Of a stretch of DNA of 64,000 nt, positions 17,963 to 27,539 are shown piece by piece. Below the pieces are notes generated by a model that worked only from the letters and a program-made list of their open reading frames with translations, made no database searches and had not been told where the DNA came from. Each line of letters starts with the position of its first letter. Positions within the stretch are counted from its first letter, which is position 1. Source of the DNA: Verrucomicrobiota bacterium (lineage in GTDB: Bacteria > Verrucomicrobiota > Verrucomicrobiia > Limisphaerales > J093). The DNA is taken from assembly GCA_012517065.1 (NCBI GenBank), contig JAAYVR010000194.1:1438-65437 (forward strand). The letters are read 5' to 3'. A program made the translations under genes and the position numbers.

Positions 17963-18342
17963 ATACCTGTTGATCGGCGCGCGCTGCCGTTTATCACGGC
18001 TATCCCCGTGCCACCGGCGACATGGATGTCTGGATCGCGGTCAGCGAGGAGAACGCCAATCGCATGATGAGCGCCCTTCGGGATTTCGGGTTTGACGTGC
18101 CGGATCTCTCGCCGAATCTCTTTCTACACAAAGACCGCATCATTTGCACGGGGATAGAACCCAATCGGATCGACATCCACACCGGCATTTCGGCAGTCGA
18201 GTTCAGCCAAGTGTACCCGCGGCACATGGCCATGGGCGATGTCGATTATATGCTGTGCGCGTTTCAGGCCATGTTTTTCAGGCTCACGCGGACCAATCGC
18301 GAGAGTTCATTGGTCGAGACCTCATCCGGCTCACGCAATTAG
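17895..18342 (+). pseudogene. Frameshifted, C-terminally truncated minimal nucleotidyltransferase (DUF6036-like)
   Basis: Frame 1 DFREFLQCLNARGVEYLLIG shifts near 17980 to YHGYPRATGDMDVWI...NRIDIHTGI; similarity fades at ~18230. Confidence 0.75.
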
Positions 18343-18442
18343 TTAGGACGCGATGTATTGCCTCGCGCCGATTTGACCACAAATGCTTAAGCCGGAACAC
18401 CGCGCTCGGTTGAACTGCGCAAGTCCGCCGCCGCCCGTACGC

Positions 18443-20005
18443 TTATCCGAGAAACTCCCACTGTATGCCAACGCGCTTGAGCGCGTAGCCAAGTTCCTTC
18501 GAGTAATCGCCGTAGCAGGTCATCCAGTGAAAACCGGGCATGCGCTGCGCCAATTGGAGACTGTCGCACTTGAAGCGGATGTCGATCTGGTCCCGACAGA
18601 TCGCCAGGAATGGGCTGTCAACAATCTCGCCCAGCAGGCCCACCCAGCGCTCCGCTTTGAAGCCGGGCAGGATGTTGGTGGTGATCTGGCCCTTGCGCAT
18701 CTCGACTTTCGGCGCCGCGCCGTAGTCCGACTCGAAGTGCGTCAGAATCCGCGCCGGTTCGACGGTCCGTCCGTCCATCTTCCGAGGACCAGTGCAGTGC
18801 GCCAGTGTGATCAGGCCCTCGTGAGGGTAGGTGGGATCGTTCAGGAAAACCGGCCGGCCGGAGATGTTGCTCAAGAGAATGCCGGACGGGACAACCACGA
18901 AATCCGATTCGCAAAAGGCCATGTACCCATCGTCGTTGAGCGTGCTCAGTGTCAGGCAGGCAGTGGTTTCGGCGATTGGCATGATAGTGCCCATGCATTC
19001 GTTGATTGTGATCGACCGGCAGTCGGCCTGCTTCATGATGGCTCGAAACACCTGGTCGAGCAGCATGGCGTTTTCGACAAACTTGTACTCCGTCTCCAGC
19101 GTTGTCCCTGGCAGCTTTAAATAGGCCTCGGCCCGTTTTTGGGCCAGCGCCACGGCCGCACGGTCCGCCCGGGCCGCTTTGATCAACTCGGTCAGGTCCG
19201 GGTACGACACCGTCTGAATGTCGAGTTTGAAACGCTCCTTGGCCAGTTCGGGTGCCCGCGGGTGCGCCCAACCGCTGGCGCCGCCGATGGCGACGATGCG
19301 GCTGCCCATTGTGTTCTTCAATCCGCACAGTGCCCGCAACCTCCAGAGCACTTCGCCCATGTTGTCCACCACCACATCCTGCTCATCGAAATTCTTCGTA
19401 ACGCGCTCGTCGGTGTGGCCGCGCAACTGAATGGGGCTGACGATTTCGTACCACAGCGAGACCGGCCCGGACTTGTGCCGCACGAAGTAGATGACGTCCT
19501 TGCCCTGGTCGCGGAACTGCTGGAACACGTGCGACGGCCCGCCCGCCGCATACAGCAGGACCGTGTCGGCCCCCGCAAGGTCTGTCACGCCCTCCAACTG
19601 TTTCGGATCGCGAATGGCTGTGACAGGCAAAAACTCGACCGGAAAGTCCGCGTCCGCGCGCAGCTTGTTCAACTCTTCAACGATGCGGGCTGTCTCAGCT
19701 TTGGCGTCTTCCTCTGTTTGAATGCCGCCCCACGGTCGCCAACTCGTTTTGGGCGCCCTTTGGGGCGTCGCGTATGTCAATACCGGTTTGACGCGCAGCG
19801 GCTTTCGCGGGGGCGGGACAGGCAAGGCGCCGTTTGTTCCGGCCGCTTCAGCCCATGAGACCCAGGCAAACGCCATGCTGCCCAGCGCAACGCCACTCAT
19901 GCCGCCCAGGAAACTGCGGCGCGAAATGCCTGCATCACCATCTTCGGAATGCACATGCGGACAGCAATGTGCGTAGCATTTGGGGGTATGATCGTGTTTT
20001 GACAT
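18443..20005 (-). CDS. L-fucose/L-arabinose isomerase-like protein with Tat signal
   Basis: SRRSFL Tat motif; ITINECMG, ACLTLSTLND, CESD, FLNDP and LAHCT motifs; C-terminal CRDQ...FHW...YGD. Confidence 0.7.
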   Translation of the reverse strand: MSKHDHTPKCYAHCCPHVHSEDGDAGISRRSFLGGMSGVALGSMAFAWVSWAEAAGTNGALPVPPPRKPLRVKPVLTYATPQRAPKTSWRPWGGIQTEEDAKAETARIVEELNKLRADADFPVEFLPVTAIRDPKQLEGVTDLAGADTVLLYAAGGPSHVFQQFRDQGKDVIYFVRHKSGPVSLWYEIVSPIQLRGHTDERVTKNFDEQDVVVDNMGEVLWRLRALCGLKNTMGSRIVAIGGASGWAHPRAPELAKERFKLDIQTVSYPDLTELIKAARADRAAVALAQKRAEAYLKLPGTTLETEYKFVENAMLLDQVFRAIMKQADCRSITINECMGTIMPIAETTACLTLSTLNDDGYMAFCESDFVVVPSGILLSNISGRPVFLNDPTYPHEGLITLAHCTGPRKMDGRTVEPARILTHFESDYGAAPKVEMRKGQITTNILPGFKAERWVGLLGEIVDSPFLAICRDQIDIRFKCDSLQLAQRMPGFHWMTCYGDYSKELGYALKRVGIQWEFLG

Positions 20006-20159
20006 GGCAATTTTCGTGCGACAAGAACGTGCTTTTTCAACTCGTGAGCGCCTCTACAGCTTGATTTCCAAGGCCGCTCTTTTCAAAGGCACCCTGGGAC
20101 CACGGCAGGCCGTTGTCAAGGCGGAAGCTCTCGAAATCCGCCCGCAACCTCACCATGAA

Positions 20160-20397
20160 GGCCACGAAGCGGACGACTACGCGGCGGGGCTGTTGGAGTC
20201 CTGGGGATACGACGTTCAGCGTGAGGCGGTGCCGGTGCAGGCCTTTCGTCGCGACACGAGCAAGCCGCTCCAGCATCAATACTCGCGGCCGATGCCCGAA
20301 GACCCGTGGTACACGGCATACAATCTCTACGCCGAACGCAAAAGCCGGTCGCGACCGAGCGAGATCATCGTCGTTCTGGCGCACAAGCACTCGCAAC
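20160..20397 (+). pseudogene. Internal fragment of an M28-like peptidase
   Basis: HEADDYAAGLLESWGYDVQRE...YTAYNLYAERKSRSRPSEIIVVLAHKHSQ resembles the N..A...G...I.V.AHxDS zinc-ligand region; both ends are missing. Confidence 0.5.
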
Positions 20398-20490
20398 TGA
20401 ACGTTTTGATGTGCCCAATGCAGCCATGACCGTCCGGGCCACACTCGCAGCCATCTTGACATTGGACCAATCGGCTGAAAGGAAAACCCC

Positions 20491-21168
20491 GTGAAAGAAC
20501 CAGTCGCCAACCGCCGCCAGTTTCTTGAAACCGTGGGAACCGCCTCGATCCTTGTGGGGTCTGGAGTGTCCATGCCTGGTCTTGCCGCGGGAGCCGACCA
20601 AAAGCTCGCATTGGACGGCGGCGAGCCTGTGCGGACATCCCTGCTCGGCGCGTTCGCGGCCTGTAACTCTCGCATCAACGAATTCACCGGTGCCGTTCTC
20701 CGCGCGCAGTTGCAAAAGCTGGAGACCATTTGCCAGGGCCTACGCTCCAACGCACGAAAAGTGCGTGAAGCCATTGCCGACCTGCCTGGACTCAAACTAC
20801 GGGCGTCGCCAGACCTCGAAGGCGACCTGGGTGTGGGGGTTTTCCTCGACCTGGGCAGCCAGGAACGGCGCGACAAGTTTCTCCGAGCCATGAGGGCCGA
20901 AGGGGTGTTGGCCACGGCGCCGGGAGGGTCGGTCATCCTGCCTACGGTCGAGCGGATTGAGAAGAAAGCGACCGTTCACCCGGCCTGGCCGTCCTTCCAG
21001 AGCCCACGGGGCCGGGCCATCCAATACGGCAGCGCATGTTGCCCGCGAACCATTCGCACCCTTAGTCGTGCGGCAGGGGTGATCATGGATTCCGTGTTCA
21101 GCGAGGACGAAATCCGGGACATCGCCAAGGCCATCCGGAAGGTTTACTTGGCCCTGGGGAAAGCGTAA
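20491..21168 (+). pseudogene. DegT/DnrJ/EryC1/StrS aminotransferase with in-frame deletion of the PLP-binding core
   Basis: Tat signal (NRRQFL) + KLALDGGEPVR joined directly to N.R.NEFTGAVLRAQLQKL and C-terminal DIAKAIRKV; no catalytic-Lys/GEGG region; only 225 aa. Confidence 0.7.
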
Positions 21169-21203
21169 CCGGCAGCTCGCGCATTCTGGCCGATCAGAAA
21201 CGC

Positions 21204-21276
21204 GATACGGGGACAGACACGTTGTTTCGGCATACCAACAAAGCGGCAGCAAGCCGCCGCACTCCAAGCGCTTCGC
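21204..21276. repeat. REP mosaic, short copy (GGGGACAGACAC module + GGAG-footed palindrome)
   Basis: GGGGACAGACACGTTGTTT...AAAGCGGCAGCAAGCCGCCGCACTCCAAGCGCTTCGC; recurs at 26.4, 32.7 and 59.7-59.9 kb. Confidence 0.85.
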
Positions 21277-21323
21277 ATACGTGGTTGACATCAAGCCGTA
21301 CGTGGCAATCCTGTCCATCCGAC

Positions 21324-24314
21324 ATGCGCGCAACATCATGCCACCCGCAGACCAGAAAACTGGTTTTCACCAGCCACCGTCTTTCGTTTAATTGCAAGTT
21401 ATGCCTGACGTTTGTTGTCGGCGCTTTCTTAACACTTGCAGCCGCAGCCGCTGATGTCTCGGGTGTCATATTGCCCTCGTTCGATTTCACCCAGCCAGCC
21501 GGCACAAACGGCTGGGCACCTGCACACGACGTCTCACAGATCGCCCGTGTGGAAGATGGATTGTTGATCCGCATTTCCGGCTCAGACCCTTACATCATAG
21601 GCCCCCCACGCAATTATCCTTCCGGAATCCCTCTGTGGCTCAGCATCCGGCTCAGGTCCGACCAGGGCGGAATGTGTCAGGTGTTTTACTCGAACGCCGG
21701 GTTCAGCGAAACCCAATCGGTCCGTTTCAGCGTTCCCCAAGGCCAATGGCACGAGGCAAAAGTCCGATTACCCGCCCTCGGCGCGTCTTACAGAATCAGA
21801 ATAGATCCGCCGGGCGATTCCGGCACTTGCACCATCGCATGGCTCAGATTTGAACCTCGCGTGATTATTGCCTCACCAAATTGGCCGGTGCCAGCATTGC
21901 CACAAATCGGCCCCGCTGACCCGCGCATAAGAAGCGGAGACATCGAGCTCGTCCATGGCCGCGATCTGCCCGGCCAGTTCCAAATACGGGTGGCCGGCGA
22001 CCTAATGGCCGTGGGAAACACGAATTCCATGCTGGGTTACATGATCGGTAACACTCCGAAATGGATGCCACTGGCTCCGCTTAACAACGGCGCATTCACA
22101 ATTGCGACTTCGAAATCTGCAAGCAGTCAAACCAATGTGGATGCGATAAAGGTCGAGTGTTCGATCCCCGATCCCGACGGCGCAACATGGCGAATCGAAC
22201 AATCTTTCTCAGTCCACGCCCCGGGCATTGTGCGCGTCGTGTCAACCGTCACAGTCGATCAAGCGCGCGATGTGTTTTATCTGCCAATGCTGACTCTTCT
22301 CCCAGGATTGGGCAGCTTCGGCACGAACAAGACTCAAGCCCTCTTCGCCGGCGTCGAGTACCTCGAAAACGAACCCAGCAGCTCAACGGCAGACCTCAAC
22401 CCGCCGGCGTCAAACAGACAGGTACCCGACACTGCAAAAATCACTTTCCCACTCATGGCCGTGGCCAGTCAGGGGCGATTCCTCGGGTTGTCGTGGTGCC
22501 CGGATCGAGACGGCACATTTTGCGCAGTGTTTGATTCGCCCGACAGAATCTTCAAATCCACCGGCCATCTCATGGGACTGCTCTTTCCCGGCTCCGATGG
22601 CAACAACCGCGAAGAAAACAGTCTTGTTCCATACGATCCCGCACGCCTGAACCCAAATCAGCCTCTGAAGATTCAAGTCTTCGTCATGGGTGGCACAGGC
22701 GACTCAGTCGTGCCCGCCATCCAGCAGTACGTGCAGTTGTCCGGTCTGCCACCAACGCCAGACTTCGGAATGACGACCAACCAGTTCCTCGCTCTTGCCG
22801 CAAATGGCTGGCTCCATTCGACAATACGCGACGGCAACCGTTACCGCCACGCCACCCCGGGCTTCAATTCCGCACCAGCAGCAGACGCCGCCCTTTACAT
22901 GGACTACCTTGCGGCCTGCATCACCGACCATGAACTCGTCAATGAACTTGACGAAGCTGCGCGCAGCGCACTCGGCCAAGTCTCCCCCGCAGATTACAAC
23001 TCTGCGCAAATCGGGCACGTCCGTTACCCGGTGCCAGCGCTCATCTACGGCGCAGTTCCACAAAACATCATCAAATCCGCCACCCACGCCCAAAACCTCC
23101 TCTCCCAGTTCGTGGCTGATGGAACGATCTTCTACAAACCACCCGCTTCGGGCCCGGACTACTCCTCGACACATTGGTCAAAGGAGGCTAACGGTTTCGC
23201 CGCCACTTACATCAACGCCCTGTTGGAAGAAGCCAGTTTTGCCGGAAACCCCGAATTGATCGAAGCCGCACTGCGACACTTGCGCGCCCTCGAGAAATTC
23301 AGGAACACAGTCCCACGCGGCGCTCAAACATGGGAAATCCCACTCCACACTCCTGATATTCTGGCATCAGCTTATTTGGTCCAAGCATACGTCCGCGGCT
23401 TCGAACTCAGCGGCGATCAATCGCTCCTCGATCAGGCCCGGTACTGGGCGTGGACAGGCGTCCCGTTCGTGTACCTGACGCCACCAACGGACAATCCAGT
23501 TGGATTGTACGCCACGATCCCGGTTCTCGGTGCGACAGCATGGATCGCCCCGGTCTGGATCGGTCTCCCGGTTCAATGGTGCGGATTGGCCTACGCCCAC
23601 GCGCTACATCAACTCGCCATGTACGACAAACAAGGGCCGTGGGCGCAGATCGCCGATGGCATCGCCATCTCGGCCATCCAGCAAACTTACCCAATCAACG
23701 ATCCAGCATACCCCGGATTGCTGCCCGACAGTTTCAATCTCCACCAACAATCGCGCAACCTGCCCGCCATCAACCCAGCCACCACTCTTGCACCAGCCAT
23801 CAGCGCGCTCCACTTGCCAACTCTCTACCAGTTCAAGCCGTTTCGGAGTTTCGGGCTCTACGTCCACGCCCCAGGCCAGTTAACCGACATCGAAGAACGC
23901 CCCAATTCCTTGCGCTTCACCGTAATACCATGGTCCCAACGCCCATTCTATCTGCTCATCAATGGATTTGTTCGTACGCCAACCCTGCAAATCAACGGAA
24001 CCGCAACCGGCCTCGGCCCGCCGCATATATTCCAAGCTTCCGAGGGCCGATTGATACTCCGACTCGAAAAACGCGCGGCCATTGAACTCGGGTATCCCGC
24101 ATTGGCATGGCTGAACATCGAATGGCTGCCTTCAACCCGCTCTGCCAAACTCTCTTGGCCCGCCAAAGCCGCCGATTTCTCCCTTGAATCAACCCAAACG
24201 CTCGAGTCGGAATCATGGACGCGCTTGACGAACCCCGTCATTGCCGACACGGATCGCCTTGTCACAACAGACGCAATTGTCGGCCCCACGCGCTTCTATC
24301 GCCTTGCGCGATAG
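21324..24314 (+). CDS. Large secreted hypothetical protein with C-terminal 'RFYRL' domain (ORF-track start 21222 lies inside a repeat)
   Basis: Long open frame with a signal-peptide-like hydrophobic segment ending AAAAA-D; helical Trp/Tyr-rich core; C-terminal LSWP...LEST..L...W...RFYRLAR. Confidence 0.8.
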   Translation: MRATSCHPQTRKLVFTSHRLSFNCKLCLTFVVGAFLTLAAAAADVSGVILPSFDFTQPAGTNGWAPAHDVSQIARVEDGLLIRISGSDPYIIGPPRNYPSGIPLWLSIRLRSDQGGMCQVFYSNAGFSETQSVRFSVPQGQWHEAKVRLPALGASYRIRIDPPGDSGTCTIAWLRFEPRVIIASPNWPVPALPQIGPADPRIRSGDIELVHGRDLPGQFQIRVAGDLMAVGNTNSMLGYMIGNTPKWMPLAPLNNGAFTIATSKSASSQTNVDAIKVECSIPDPDGATWRIEQSFSVHAPGIVRVVSTVTVDQARDVFYLPMLTLLPGLGSFGTNKTQALFAGVEYLENEPSSSTADLNPPASNRQVPDTAKITFPLMAVASQGRFLGLSWCPDRDGTFCAVFDSPDRIFKSTGHLMGLLFPGSDGNNREENSLVPYDPARLNPNQPLKIQVFVMGGTGDSVVPAIQQYVQLSGLPPTPDFGMTTNQFLALAANGWLHSTIRDGNRYRHATPGFNSAPAADAALYMDYLAACITDHELVNELDEAARSALGQVSPADYNSAQIGHVRYPVPALIYGAVPQNIIKSATHAQNLLSQFVADGTIFYKPPASGPDYSSTHWSKEANGFAATYINALLEEASFAGNPELIEAALRHLRALEKFRNTVPRGAQTWEIPLHTPDILASAYLVQAYVRGFELSGDQSLLDQARYWAWTGVPFVYLTPPTDNPVGLYATIPVLGATAWIAPVWIGLPVQWCGLAYAHALHQLAMYDKQGPWAQIADGIAISAIQQTYPINDPAYPGLLPDSFNLHQQSRNLPAINPATTLAPAISALHLPTLYQFKPFRSFGLYVHAPGQLTDIEERPNSLRFTVIPWSQRPFYLLINGFVRTPTLQINGTATGLGPPHIFQASEGRLILRLEKRAAIELGYPALAWLNIEWLPSTRSAKLSWPAKAADFSLESTQTLESESWTRLTNPVIADTDRLVTTDAIVGPTRFYRLAR

Positions 24315-24399
24315 GCCAAAAACATCGCGATAAAGTGCCAGGCTCGATATTCCGCCGCGCCGCGGGGATTACACCTATTTGGGCCACGCCGGGATTGTG

Positions 24400-24621
24400 T
24401 TACCCCAAGATTCCGTAAACGACGATTTGCACCAAACAGATTAAGGCCGCCCAGAACCGCAGGTTCTTCCACAATGGCACCTGTTGTTCTGCTCGCTCCA
24501 TGAGCGCCTTCGGCATCAACACGATCCCTGCCAGCAGCAACAGGTAAATGCCCATCACCGCCGCCTTGCCCGCTGATGCCAGTAACGCCCAATCCCACGG
24601 TCCAACCAGAACGTAGTTCAT
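24400..24621 (-). CDS. Small membrane protein (73 aa) coupled to the symporter
   Basis: MNYVLVGPWDWALLASAGKAAVMGIYLLLLAGIVLMPK...WKNLRFWAALICLVQIVVYGILG; ATG overlaps the symporter TGA; upstream GGAGG. Confidence 0.75.
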   Translation of the reverse strand: MNYVLVGPWDWALLASAGKAAVMGIYLLLLAGIVLMPKALMERAEQQVPLWKNLRFWAALICLVQIVVYGILG

Positions 24622-26171
24622 TGCGTTTCCTCCTTCTTCGCGGGCAACCAGCAAACCAATCCTCTCAGGCGATCCTCGTCGTGCGGGCGCGTTACCATGC
24701 TCACCGCCGCTGTCACCACAACTGCCGCCACAAAAGACCACCACGCCGTCCACAAAAACGGCACGCCACCAGCAATGCCCAGCAACGATTCCGCCCCGTT
24801 GAGCACCACCGCCGTGGCAACACCCGCCCCCATGCCCGCAAGCCCGCCCCATTGCGTCGCACGTCTCGTCAACATCCCCAACAACAACAACGCAAGCAAC
24901 GGCCCTTGGAAAAACGTCAGAAACGTCTGGAACGCCTCGAACACGGTGCCGAACCGGGTCTTGATTGGATAACTCAACAGCGCGCCTCCGACCAATAACA
25001 CTGCGACGAGCCAGCGACCCAGCCTCAGGCATTGTTGGTCCGTTGCATGACGGTTTATGAACGGACGGTACAAATCCGTGACGATCAATGTGCTGGCCGA
25101 GTTCACGTACGAATCAAGGTTGGACAGTATCCCTGCCAGAAATGCGCCAATCACGATCCCCAAAACCCCCGGCGGCAGTAAATGCGCCAGAAGCATCGGC
25201 AACACTCGATTCCCATTCCATTCGCCTTCCGGCCGGCCAAGTTCTCGCGACAGCATCGCCAGCGCAATCATCCCAGGCAACACAAGCAGGACCGGAAAGA
25301 CCAGCTTTATGCCAGCGCAAAACACGTAAGAAGCGCGCGCTTCATTTTGGCTGCGCGATCCGAGTGTGCGCTGGACGATGGCTTGATTGCCGATCCAGTA
25401 AGCCGGGCCCAGCACAAACCCCAATCCGAGCACCACAGCCGGCCACGGATACACCGCATGATCCGTCGGCGGCAGAATGTCAAAGTGATCCCGCGTCCAG
25501 TCCAAAGCGCTGATCGACGCCTTGAGACCTGCAATGCCGCCGACTCGTTCCACGCCCAGCACGCAGATCAACGCTGCCCCAGTCACCAGCACAATGCACG
25601 ACACCACATCTGTGAACACAACCGCTTTCAGCCCGCCCGATACCGTATAAAGGCCTACCGCCACCACCGACAGCCCCACCGAAAACCAAAACGGCCAGCC
25701 AAGCAACACCTCGAACATCGCCGCTGCACTCACAAAAATGGTCCCAATCGTCGCCGTCATGAAAAACACCCAGATCACCGCAAAACAAGCGCGCACGCCC
25801 AGGTTATATCGCCGTCCAAGGTACTCCGGCACCGTGTACACGCCCGCAATCCAGAAAAACGGCATGAAGAGAAACGCCGCCAACAACACCGGAAAAATGC
25901 AGCCGATGAAATCGTAGTTCATCATCACCAGCCCGTACCGGTAGGCGTCGCCCGCTACGCCGATCATATCCTTGGCACCGATATCAGTTACCACCAGCGA
26001 CATTCCTACTGCCCACCACGGCAAGGTCTTGCCGGCCAGAAAGAAATCACGGCTCGTGCGGATGCCCCGGCTCAGCCACAGCCCAATCGTGACCACGCTC
26101 AGCAGGTAGGCTAACACTGCTGCCACGTCCACAGGTTGAAGTCGCAGTGAATCCACGGCTGCCTCGATCAA
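24618..26171 (-). CDS. Sodium:solute symporter (SSS/SLC5 family)
   Basis: FFLAGKTLPWWAVGMS, TVPEYLGRRY, GGLKAVVFTD, NQAIVQR, NSASTL..TDLY; many transmembrane segments. Confidence 0.93.
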   Translation of the reverse strand: MIEAAVDSLRLQPVDVAAVLAYLLSVVTIGLWLSRGIRTSRDFFLAGKTLPWWAVGMSLVVTDIGAKDMIGVAGDAYRYGLVMMNYDFIGCIFPVLLAAFLFMPFFWIAGVYTVPEYLGRRYNLGVRACFAVIWVFFMTATIGTIFVSAAAMFEVLLGWPFWFSVGLSVVAVGLYTVSGGLKAVVFTDVVSCIVLVTGAALICVLGVERVGGIAGLKASISALDWTRDHFDILPPTDHAVYPWPAVVLGLGFVLGPAYWIGNQAIVQRTLGSRSQNEARASYVFCAGIKLVFPVLLVLPGMIALAMLSRELGRPEGEWNGNRVLPMLLAHLLPPGVLGIVIGAFLAGILSNLDSYVNSASTLIVTDLYRPFINRHATDQQCLRLGRWLVAVLLVGGALLSYPIKTRFGTVFEAFQTFLTFFQGPLLALLLLGMLTRRATQWGGLAGMGAGVATAVVLNGAESLLGIAGGVPFLWTAWWSFVAAVVVTAAVSMVTRPHDEDRLRGLVCWLPAKKEETQ

Positions 26172-26241
26172 TCCAGATCAATACGCGCGCAAAGAATCGC
26201 ATTCTCAAGGCCACCAAGGCAATCTGGAAAGCGGCTCTTTT

Positions 26242-26651
26242 CCGAGCGTGGCACACTATTCGGCGCGCATCCATCTTCCGCACGAGCGTAAAGCGGGGGG
26301 ACTGCGTGCCGTGCCTCCCGATGCAGACCCTCACAGGCTAATAGAGGACGCAAATAGGGGGACAGGCACGCTGTTTGAGTTTTGCCCCCTGAGGACGCCA
26401 ATAAAGTGCCAGGCTCGTTGTTTGTGCAGAAGAACAAAGCGGCAGCAAGCTGCCGCACTCCAAGCGCTTCGCGCCTACCAACGCCCACTGCATCCGCGGC
26501 AGCGTGTGAGAAACCATCGGGATCACCGGCAAGATCGAGTGGGGCCACATGGGGACAGACACGTTGTTTTGCGTCGTACAGCGATATGGGGACAGGCACG
26601 TTGTTTTCGATATAGTGCCAGGCACGTTGTTTGTGGCTTCTGCGCCCCCTG
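26242..26651. repeat. REP mosaic (BIME-like cluster)
   Basis: Three GGGGACAG(A/G)CAC modules, GTGCCAGGC(T/A)C modules and palindrome AAAGCGGCAGCAAGCTGCCGCACTCCAA at 26436-26463. Confidence 0.85.
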
Positions 26652-26694
26652 AAAAACGGTTGTCATCAAATGTCACCGCTGGCAAAGTGTCGTC

Positions 26695-27486
26695 ATGAAA
26701 CGACGCCAGTTTATCAGGTCTTCCGTGGGTGCAACTGCTGCCGCATTCGCTTTGTCCGCGTTGCGAGGGAGTGCCGCAGAAACTCAAGGACGCGAACTCT
26801 ACGAGCTGAGGTTGTATCATCTGAGGCGCGGCCCGATGCAGAAGCGTTTTGACGATTTCATGCGCCAGGCTGCCATTCCGGCGTTGAACCGCGCAGGCGT
26901 GCCAAACGTCGGCGTGTTTGACGTCGCCACCGGCCAGGACAACCCAACCAAATACGTCCTCATCCCTTACGCTTCACCGCAAGTTTTCGCTTCAGCGTAC
27001 CAGGCCATGATCACCGACAGGGACGTGGTCCAAAGCGAATTCTTCAACGCGACACCGGCAGACCCGGCGTATATCCGAATTGAAAGCTCGCTGATGCTGG
27101 CCTTCGAGGGGATGCCAAGAATCGAGGTCCCAAAACAAGCGGCTGACAACAAACCGCGCCTGTTCGAGCTTCGCACTTACGAAAGCCACAGCAAAAAAGC
27201 CAACCTGAAAAAGATCGAGATGTTCAATGTCGGTGAAATCGCCATTTTCCGTCGAACAGGGCTGACGCCGGTATTCTTTGGCGAGACATTGGTCGGCACC
27301 AAACTGCCAAATCTGACCTACATGCTCGTGTTCGACGACATGCCCGCACACGACAATGCATGGAAAACTTTCGTAGGAGACCCGGAATGGAAAAAGCTCA
27401 GCACAACCCCGGGGTACACCGACGCTGAGATAGTGTCGAACATCAGCAACGCGTTTCTCCGCCCGACCGGTTACTCGCAGATTTGA
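26695..27486 (+). CDS. NIPSNAP family protein with Tat signal
   Basis: MKRRQFI; duplicated YELRLY / FELRTYES domains; PNLTYML; DPEWKKL; C-terminal YSQI. Confidence 0.88.
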   Translation: MKRRQFIRSSVGATAAAFALSALRGSAAETQGRELYELRLYHLRRGPMQKRFDDFMRQAAIPALNRAGVPNVGVFDVATGQDNPTKYVLIPYASPQVFASAYQAMITDRDVVQSEFFNATPADPAYIRIESSLMLAFEGMPRIEVPKQAADNKPRLFELRTYESHSKKANLKKIEMFNVGEIAIFRRTGLTPVFFGETLVGTKLPNLTYMLVFDDMPAHDNAWKTFVGDPEWKKLSTTPGYTDAEIVSNISNAFLRPTGYSQI

Positions 27487-27539
27487 CCGCCGGGAAACGC
27501 GATATGCCTCTAGCGAGTATTTGCGGGGACCGGGTTTGA

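Noticed and set aside
26340..26651. CRISPR array (also considered at 52884-52963 and 59607-60366)
   Set aside because: Repeats are short, degenerate and irregularly spaced; linkers recur at other loci; no cas genes.
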